DNA of 64,000 nucleotides from Armatimonadota bacterium (GTDB lineage Bacteria; Armatimonadota; SYMT01): NCBI GenBank assembly GCA_046292385.1, contig JBKBRF010000010.1, positions 64,001 to 128,000 of the forward strand, read 5' to 3'. Shown piece by piece: positions 57,276 to 64,000 of this stretch (position 1 is its first letter; each line of letters starts with the position of its first letter). The notes under the pieces were generated by a model. It saw only the letters and a program-made list of their open reading frames with translations, ran no database searches and was not told where the DNA came from. The position numbers and the translations under genes were made by a program.

Positions 57276-58741
57276 CAGGCGAGCCCCGGGAGCCGGCCGT
57301 CGTACGCCGCGTGCGGCGAGCTCCGGCTGTCGCCGAAGGCGTCGACCTTCGCCCCGATCCGGTCGAGCAGCTCCACGTAGAGGTTCGCGACCGGTGTCTT
57401 CGGCTGGACCGTCACCTGCCGCCCGGTGCGGAGCGTCCCCTGGGCGCGGCCGGCGAGGAGCGCGGGGTAGTCGTTCGTGCCGTGGCCGCCGTCCGCCATG
57501 TAGGAGGTGTAGAGGATCAGGCTGTTGTCGAGCAGCGAGGTGCCGCCCTCGTCGATCGCCTTCATCTTCGCGACCATCTCGGCGAAGAAGCCGGTGTACC
57601 AGGCGTGGATCTGCCGGCACGCCTCCCGGGCGATCGGGTCGGCGTCTTCCACGCGGCCGGCGTTCCCCTGGTGCTCCAGGGTGTGGCAGTGCCGCTCATA
57701 GCCGACGGTCACCACGCCGGGGAAGTAGGCGCCGTCGTCGCCGATCGCCAGCGTCACCACGCGCGTGGTATCGGTCTGGAACGCCAGGACCATCAGGTCG
57801 CTCATCAGCCGGATGTACTCGCCGTGCTTCTCCGGGTCGCGGTGGATCTCGTTCGCGATCTGGTAGAACGGGATCTCCGGCCCCGGGAGATTCTTCGGCA
57901 GCACCAGCTTCGAAGAGCCGGGCTGCGCCGCGTCGAGCACCTCCTCCTGAAGCCGCGCTTCCAGGAAGTCGAGCCGCTTCTCCACCGCGCGAACCGAGTG
58001 GAGGTATTCGTCCAGCTTCTGCTGATCGCCGGCTCCCAGCCGCCCGCGCAGCTCCTTCGCTTCCTCGAGCACGAGGTCGACCACTCCCTGCTCGTAGGAG
58101 TCGCGGCGGGCGGTCTTGCTCACCGCCTCCGCCCGCGCGGCGGCGCGGCGCTGCCAGTTCGGGACGACCGGCTGCCGCCCGCGGAACATCCGCTCGAACA
58201 CCAGGCGCGGGTTCGGCTCGTACGGCACCGCCTCGTAGGGGGAGCGGAACGAGTACTTCGTCTCCGCATTGCTGAGCCCCATCTCCAGCGACGGCAGGAA
58301 GGTCTGCCCGCCGACCGCCCGCGCCGCGACCTGGTCGACGGAGATCGCCGCCACCGGCTTGCCGCCCTCCTTCTTCACCTGCTCCGCGCAGGTCAGGTGC
58401 AGGTAGCCGCAGTGCTCGTGCGCGTTGAGCCCCTCGCTCCGGCCGGACTGCGCCAGGCCCGTTATCAGGAGGAGATCGTCTTTAAGAGGCTCCAGCGGCC
58501 TCAGGATGGAGGGCAGCGCGCCGAGCGGACCCGGCTGCGGCAGCCGCCACGACTCCAGCACCGTCCCACCCGTCACGGTGAAGATTCCCATCCGCAGCGG
58601 CGGCCGGGCCTCCTTCGGCACCGGCAGGTCCGCCGCCCGCGCCAAGGCGGGCACCAGCGACTCCAGGAACGGCAGCGAGAGCATCGCCCCCGCCCCGCGC
58701 AGCACGCCCCGCCGGGTGATCGTTCGGTGTGGGTTAGTCAT
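57275..58741 (-). CDS. DUF1552 domain protein (Tat signal)
   Basis: TRRGVLRGAG..LSLPFLESL, ISVDQVAA, LDEYL.SVR.VE.R, LAFQTDTTRV.T. Confidence 0.92.
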   Translation of the reverse strand: MTNPHRTITRRGVLRGAGAMLSLPFLESLVPALARAADLPVPKEARPPLRMGIFTVTGGTVLESWRLPQPGPLGALPSILRPLEPLKDDLLLITGLAQSGRSEGLNAHEHCGYLHLTCAEQVKKEGGKPVAAISVDQVAARAVGGQTFLPSLEMGLSNAETKYSFRSPYEAVPYEPNPRLVFERMFRGRQPVVPNWQRRAAARAEAVSKTARRDSYEQGVVDLVLEEAKELRGRLGAGDQQKLDEYLHSVRAVEKRLDFLEARLQEEVLDAAQPGSSKLVLPKNLPGPEIPFYQIANEIHRDPEKHGEYIRLMSDLMVLAFQTDTTRVVTLAIGDDGAYFPGVVTVGYERHCHTLEHQGNAGRVEDADPIAREACRQIHAWYTGFFAEMVAKMKAIDEGGTSLLDNSLILYTSYMADGGHGTNDYPALLAGRAQGTLRTGRQVTVQPKTPVANLYVELLDRIGAKVDAFGDSRSSPHAAYDGRLPGLA

Positions 58742-58765
58742 AACTCGTCAGGTACTCCGAACCTG

Positions 58766-59062
58766 ATTCACCACAGAGCGCACAGAGGGCACAGAGAGGG
58801 AACCAGAGGGTCGGGCCTGATCCTCCTCACGAGCATCGTACAGCGACCCCGATCCGAACCTGGTTTACCGCAGAGGACGCGGAGTGCGCAGAGGGGTCGC
58901 AGAGGAGGGAAGCAGAGGGACGGGCCTGCCGCGCCTCTCGAGTCCCGTACTGCGACCCCGGGGTGTGCCTGTGCTCGTTCTTCTCTCTGCGTCCTCTGCG
59001 CTCTCCGCGGTTCAATTCTGGTTCTGTTCCTCTCGGTGTCCTCTGTGTGCTCTGTGGTGAAT
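58766..59062. repeat. Nested CACAGAG/CGCAGAG inverted repeat cluster with two 47-nt cores
   Basis: ATTCACCACAGAGC ... GCTCTGTGGTGAAT outer arms; cores at 58806-58852 and 58915-58961. Confidence 0.8.
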
Positions 59063-59068
59063 GGGAAG

Positions 59069-60961
59069 TCAGCCCCGCCCGCGGCGGTACTGGAACGGCA
59101 CGCTGCGGGTGATGCCGAGGACCAGACTGGAGAAGCGGTAGCCGTTCTTCTCCAATCCGTCTACGGTCTCGCGCAGGGTCCACTCGTCGCTCTCTTCCAG
59201 CTCGCGGCCCAGGGCATACGACAGCATCTGCGCCGCTAGGTTGCGGGCGAACTCCCGCTTGCGCGCCAGCAGGACCCGCTTCAGGTCCGCGGCGCCGGTC
59301 AGCTTCTCGCCGGTGGGAAGCTCACCGGTGGTGTCGAGCTTCCGCTCGGGCGTGCTCTCCCGCCAGGCGCCGACTGCGTCGTAGTTATCGAGCGCGAAGC
59401 CGAGCGGGTCGAGCTTGCGGTGGCAACCGGCGCAGGAGGGATCGGAGGCATGGCGCGCGAGCTGCTGGCGGAAGCTGGCCGCCTCGCTCTCCTGCTTCTC
59501 CTGCAGCATCCCCGCGGCGTTGGGTGGCGGTGGGGGCGGCGGGGTGCCGAGGATCACCTCCAGCACGTACTTGCCGCGCAGCGTGGGGCTGGTGCGGAAG
59601 GTGTGCGAGGTAAGCGCGAGGACGCTTCCCATGCCGAGGAGCCCCCCGCGGCGGTGCTCCGGCCGCAGCGCCACCCGCCGCAGCTCCTTCCCCGAGACGC
59701 CTTCCACGCCGTAGTGCCGCGCCAGCTCTTCGTTCAAATAAGTGTAGTCGGCGTCGAGCAACTCCAGGACGCTGCGGTCCTCCGTCCGCAGCCCGTCGAA
59801 GAAGAGCGTCGTCTCCTGTCGCATCGCCTCCCGCAGGCGCGCGTTGAACGCGGGGAAGAACTCCGTGCTCGGGCGCGCCTGCGCCAGCTTCCGGAGCTGA
59901 AGCCACTGCTCTCCGAAGCCGTCGGTCAGCGCCCACGCCCGCGGATCGGCGAGCATCCGCCGCACCTGGGCCTCCAGTACCGCGGGTTCGGAGAGCCTGC
60001 CGGCGTCCGCCAGCTGGGAGAGCTCTGCGTCCGGCGCCGTACTCCAGAGGAAGTAGGAGAGCCGCACCGCCAGCTCGTGGGCGTTCACGCGCGCGGCGGC
60101 GCCCGGCGGGTCCGCTTCCACGCGGAAGAGGAAGTGCGGCGAGGCGAGCACCGGCTTCAGGAGGGCGCGGACCGCCGCCTCGTGCTCGGCTCCCTCCGCT
60201 CGCGCGCGGTCATACAGCTTCAGCAGCCGCTCTATCTCTTCCGGGCGGGGCGGACGCCGGTAGGCGCCGCGGAGGAGGCGCTGCGTGACCGCCCCGGCAG
60301 CCTCGCGCCCCTCCTTGCCGGCCGCGGGGGCGAGAAGTGCCTGCCGGGCCTTCCCGTCCGCGAACACCCGCTCCCCGACCTTCTCCGCCGCCGCGAGGTA
60401 CTTATCGAGCAAGGCCGGGGAGAGCGTAAGGGTGGCGGCCAGGTTGTCGAAGCCGGTGGTGTTCTCCGAGCCGGGCAGTCCGACTTCCGCCTCGGCATCA
60501 AAGTCGATCCCGAAAAGGTCGCGGATCGTCCGGTTGTACTCGGTCAGCGTCAGGCGGCGCAGGACGGAGGGTCCGGGATCTCGCCGGGCCGGGTCCTGCG
60601 GATCGAGGTACTCCGCCGCCGCGTGTGCCCACTGGAGCAGGGCCGCCCGCGCGGCGGGGGAAAGCGGCTTCGAGCCTTTCGGCGGCATCGAGCCGGCTTC
60701 CACCTGCGCCGAGATCCGCCGCCACAGGCGCCGTTGGCGCGCCGCGGAGGCGCCGTCGGCGAGGCCGGAGAGATCGACCCCTCCCACCTGCCGCTCCGCG
60801 CTGTGACACCCGGTGCAGTGCGCGGCCAGGGCCGGCTTCACCGCCGTGTCGAACGCCTTCGGATCGGGCCGCGCGGCCTGCAGCGCTACGGAGCACGGCA
60901 CCGCCACCGTGGTGACGAGCAGCGAGGCGAAGAGTCCGTGTCGTGAGGTGAAGTGGGGCAT
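59069..60961 (-). CDS. DUF1592/DUF1588/DUF1587 (PSD) domain protein with heme-c motifs
   Basis: CTGCH and CAGCH; RRLT..EYNRTIRDL, LSYFLWS..PD, TSPTLRGKYVL, DPLGFALDNYD. Confidence 0.92.
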   Translation of the reverse strand: MPHFTSRHGLFASLLVTTVAVPCSVALQAARPDPKAFDTAVKPALAAHCTGCHSAERQVGGVDLSGLADGASAARQRRLWRRISAQVEAGSMPPKGSKPLSPAARAALLQWAHAAAEYLDPQDPARRDPGPSVLRRLTLTEYNRTIRDLFGIDFDAEAEVGLPGSENTTGFDNLAATLTLSPALLDKYLAAAEKVGERVFADGKARQALLAPAAGKEGREAAGAVTQRLLRGAYRRPPRPEEIERLLKLYDRARAEGAEHEAAVRALLKPVLASPHFLFRVEADPPGAAARVNAHELAVRLSYFLWSTAPDAELSQLADAGRLSEPAVLEAQVRRMLADPRAWALTDGFGEQWLQLRKLAQARPSTEFFPAFNARLREAMRQETTLFFDGLRTEDRSVLELLDADYTYLNEELARHYGVEGVSGKELRRVALRPEHRRGGLLGMGSVLALTSHTFRTSPTLRGKYVLEVILGTPPPPPPPNAAGMLQEKQESEAASFRQQLARHASDPSCAGCHRKLDPLGFALDNYDAVGAWRESTPERKLDTTGELPTGEKLTGAADLKRVLLARKREFARNLAAQMLSYALGRELEESDEWTLRETVDGLEKNGYRFSSLVLGITRSVPFQYRRGRG

Positions 60962-61068
60962 ACGGCGACGAGGCGGACGTACTCTGCCGGGGCGTTGGCG
61001 AGGGTCCCAGGTCGAGTTCAATTGTCGGGTGAAGCCGACCGACAGTCAGATCGAAACACCAGGTTGGA

Positions 61069-63267
61069 TCAGCGGCGGTGCGGGCTGCCGTCGTTGCGGG
61101 CGAGCTCGGCGCGGACGGCGGCAAGGTGAGGGCGGAGGTCGCGCTTCTCGATCAGGCTCCAGAGGCTGCTCTGCTGCTCCCGCAGGGCGAGGGTGGCCAG
61201 GATCCAGGACTGTCCCCAGCCGGTCTCCACGCACCAGGGGCCCCAGCCGATGTCGCCGGAGCTGCCGAAGTACTCCCAGCGTCCGTAGTCGAACGCTCGG
61301 AACCAGGCGCCGTCGAGATAGGGGTGCTCCGGCGCGCGGATCTGGATGCGGCAGAGGTAGCGGGCGAGGCGGTCCTCCGCCTCCCGCATCCACGGCTCGC
61401 CGGTCGCGGCCGCCGCCTCGCGCAGCCCGAACAGGGCAAAGCCGGTGGTGTAGAGCTGGTCGCTGACCGGGTCGCCATTTTTCTGGATCAGCGGCGTCTC
61501 CCCCGTGCCGTAGCTCTCGTTGGAGGGCGGGACGTGGAGGTGCCCGCCGCCGCCCTGCTCGTTCACCTCCTCCGCCAGCGCGCCGCTGGGCCGCTGGTTG
61601 CGCAGCATGTCGCGCGTGACACGGGTCAGCCACTCCCGGTGCTGCGGGCGGTCGTCCACCCGCACCAGCCACGCCAGCGCCAGGATCATCCGGGCCCGGT
61701 CCAGGTTGTCCCGCCAGCGCCAGCCGGAGGGATAGGCGTCCATCGTCCGCCGGATCCCCTCCCGGGTGCGGTCCAGAAACTCCCGCTCTCCGGTCGCGCG
61801 GTAGCCCCAGAGATAGCACGCCCACAGGTACGCCTCGAAGTGAGGGGAGAGGTTGACCCGCTCCGCGTCATAGAAGCTCTTCCAGCCGCGCCGCTCCAGC
61901 TCGGGGAGGTCGATCCGGTCGCCGCGGAAGCCGAGGCGGCCGGTGGTGCGCAGGTTGGCGAGCAGCGCGCGGAGGACGCTGCGGTCCCAGCGCGACGACT
62001 GCGTCCACCCGGTTGCCGCCAGCGTGGCGAGGAGGGTGCGGGCCTCGTCGTCGCCGTAGGTGGCGACCTCCCAGAGCGGCGAGACGGCGCCCCACTTGAT
62101 CAGGCCGAAGGCGGGGTGAGTCGGGTCGGCGTGGACCCCGCCGTGCAGTCCGGAGCGCTCGTAGAGGTACTCCAGCAGGTTCTCGCCGACCTCGCGCGAC
62201 TTCCGGTCCCGCCGCAGCGCCCACGCGCCGGCGAGCACCATCGCCGATTCAGCCTGGCAGTCGGCCCGCAGGGGGAGCCGCTGCCGCTGGTGCCCCCAGG
62301 CGTCGATGCCGGAAGCGTACCCCTCCAGGATCCCGTGGCTGCCATCCGCCGGAAGACGGCGCGCAGGTCGAGAAGTCGTCTCCACGTTCTGCCGCAGGGC
62401 GGCGTGGACTTCTGCCTCACGCTCCGCGGGGAGCAGGAGGTCGGAGCGGTGATACCACTCGACGCCCTGGCGGAAGGCGCGCCGCTCCACGTCGCCGGGC
62501 AGCTTCGCCTGCGGCCCGAAGGCGGGTGCGACGACCGGCTTCCAGCGCAGCTCGGGCACCCCCGGAGTCCCCGCGAGCCACGCGGCGAGGGCGCTCCAGG
62601 TACTCTCCCACTGGCGCTGCGGCGTGGCCCGGCTGGTGACGGGAGCGCTCAGGCGAGTGGTCGCGACCATGACCTCGCTCCCCGGGAGCCGGAAGAGGAT
62701 GGGAGCCGCGTTCTTCGGGACCCCGTAGACGGCGTGGTCGAAGCCCGCCACCCGCGCGGCGACGAGGAGCGGCTCGATGCCGGCCGGGAGCGAGGCGTGC
62801 AGGTACTGCAGGCCGGGCTGCTCCAGGATGTCGTGCCGGGAGTGAGCGCCCTTCCCCGGACGCACCAGTCGCTCCCACTGCGGCGCTGGTCGCGCTTCCA
62901 GGGGAATGCCGGGCAACTCCGCCGGGTACTCCAGGTAGACCCGCAGCCGCCGGGCCGCGACCCGGGCGAGCAGCTCCGGCGAGACTTCCGTCCGCCGCTC
63001 CGGATAGCCAGCGGCGAGCAGCAAGACGCCGCCCCCCTGTGGGGCGCGCTCGACCGCCCGCTCGGGAGTCTCCTCGCGCAGCACGCGATAGCCCGCGGCG
63101 CTCAGGATGGGGCCCAGGTCGTTCTCCGGCGGTGCCGCGAGCACTAGCGTCGGCTTTCCGCGGCCCGAAGCCGGCACATCCGGAGCCGCGGCGGCAGCGA
63201 TGCCGGCGGCGGCGAGCAGCAAAGCGCCGCAGGCAAGGCTTGCGCGGCGGAGTGTGAAGTGGCCCAT
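61069..63267 (-). CDS. Secreted hypothetical protein, possibly glycosidase-like helical toroid
   Basis: Long ORF with signal peptide from ATG 63267; Trp/acid-rich helical C-terminal half. Confidence 0.75.
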   Translation of the reverse strand: MGHFTLRRASLACGALLLAAAGIAAAAAPDVPASGRGKPTLVLAAPPENDLGPILSAAGYRVLREETPERAVERAPQGGGVLLLAAGYPERRTEVSPELLARVAARRLRVYLEYPAELPGIPLEARPAPQWERLVRPGKGAHSRHDILEQPGLQYLHASLPAGIEPLLVAARVAGFDHAVYGVPKNAAPILFRLPGSEVMVATTRLSAPVTSRATPQRQWESTWSALAAWLAGTPGVPELRWKPVVAPAFGPQAKLPGDVERRAFRQGVEWYHRSDLLLPAEREAEVHAALRQNVETTSRPARRLPADGSHGILEGYASGIDAWGHQRQRLPLRADCQAESAMVLAGAWALRRDRKSREVGENLLEYLYERSGLHGGVHADPTHPAFGLIKWGAVSPLWEVATYGDDEARTLLATLAATGWTQSSRWDRSVLRALLANLRTTGRLGFRGDRIDLPELERRGWKSFYDAERVNLSPHFEAYLWACYLWGYRATGEREFLDRTREGIRRTMDAYPSGWRWRDNLDRARMILALAWLVRVDDRPQHREWLTRVTRDMLRNQRPSGALAEEVNEQGGGGHLHVPPSNESYGTGETPLIQKNGDPVSDQLYTTGFALFGLREAAAATGEPWMREAEDRLARYLCRIQIRAPEHPYLDGAWFRAFDYGRWEYFGSSGDIGWGPWCVETGWGQSWILATLALREQQSSLWSLIEKRDLRPHLAAVRAELARNDGSPHRR

Positions 63268-63592
63268 CCCGTCTCCCTCGGTCGCCCGCAATGGCGCCCC
63301 GGAAGCGTTCCGCCTCGGGTGCCCCGGTCCCTGCCGGATCGGCGGCGGCCCGGTGGGGCGACGATTCTCCCGGAGGAAATCTCCGCGCCGGTGCGGCACT
63401 GGGCTGCGGAAAGGCGTCCGAGTCTACAGTGATGCGCAGTCCGGGAGTGCACGCCGGCTGATGTCACCAAGATGGTGTGAGAGTTTTCACAGCATCCCCG
63501 CAACACGGCGCCCCATAATGGCACGACTACACGCCGGACGGCCGAGCACGCTGGCCATCGGCCGCCGGACGAAACCCCAGGGGGGAGCAACG

Positions 63593-64000
63593 ATGAACGT
63601 GCTACGCAACACCTGTCTCACCGCCGCCGCAGCGCTGCTGCTGGCCGGACCGGCGTCCGGGGTCCTCGCCGCCCCGGCCCCCAAAGCCTCGGCGAAGAAG
63701 CCGTCGCCGGAGCTGTTCGTCGCCGTCGGGAAGCGGGACGCAGCGGAGGTCCGCCGCCTGCTGAACGGAGGCGCCGATCCCGACTCCCGCAACTTCCTGC
63801 AGATGACGCCGCTGATGTTCGCGGCGACGGTCGACGAAGTGGAGAGCGCGCGGGTGCTCCTGCAGGGAGGCGCCGACCTGAACGCGACGAGCCCGATCGG
63901 CGCTCCGATCACCTTCGCGACGATGGTCGGCAGCCGCGACGTCACGCTCCTGCTCCTCCAGCGTGGGGCGAAGATCGACGCTGCCCGGCCGGACCGCATC
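63593..64000 (+). CDS. Secreted ankyrin repeat protein (3' end outside window)
   Basis: Own translation: MNVLRNTCLTAAAALLL...VRRLLNGGADPD...MTPLMFAA...VLLQGGADLNA. Confidence 0.85.
   Translation, partial: MNVLRNTCLTAAAALLLAGPASGVLAAPAPKASAKKPSPELFVAVGKRDAAEVRRLLNGGADPDSRNFLQMTPLMFAATVDEVESARVLLQGGADLNATSPIGAPITFATMVGSRDVTLLLLQRGAKIDAARPDRI

Noticed and set aside
63519..63535. Sigma54 promoter at TGGCACG upstream of the last ankyrin gene
   Set aside because: No TTGC at the -12 position

Overview
High-GC (roughly 70% by eye) bacterial chromosomal window with about 60 CDS. I found no rRNA, tRNA, CRISPR array or intact transposase. The gene mix (DUF1501, DUF1552/DUF1592, PQQ-like propellers, sulfatase, many secreted proteins) suggests a soil or sediment heterotroph, perhaps Armatimonadota or PVC-like; this is inference only. 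Main blocks: an ECF42 sigma regulon with two matching promoters, SelO, GH32, a sugar ABC system, a thioesterase/CoA-ligase/ABC operon interrupted by an Rpn-family nuclease, a probable hopanoid C-2 methylase (HpnP), fhs, tag and a DUF1592-DUF1552 cluster. Best candidate for an undescribed system: a three-gene unit of ECF sigma factor, soluble zinc anti-sigma and dnaN (19289->17269). The anti-sigma ends in QLVLGI, nearly identical to the beta-clamp-binding peptide QLVLGL of E. coli Pol IV, suggesting a sigma switch that senses the sliding clamp and controls clamp expression. Other highlights are an ORF-less sigma54-promoter-to-terminator unit (candidate ~60-nt sRNA), an internal antitoxin-type start in the Rpn gene, a stand-alone MshEN-like protein, and several nested families of intergenic repeats.
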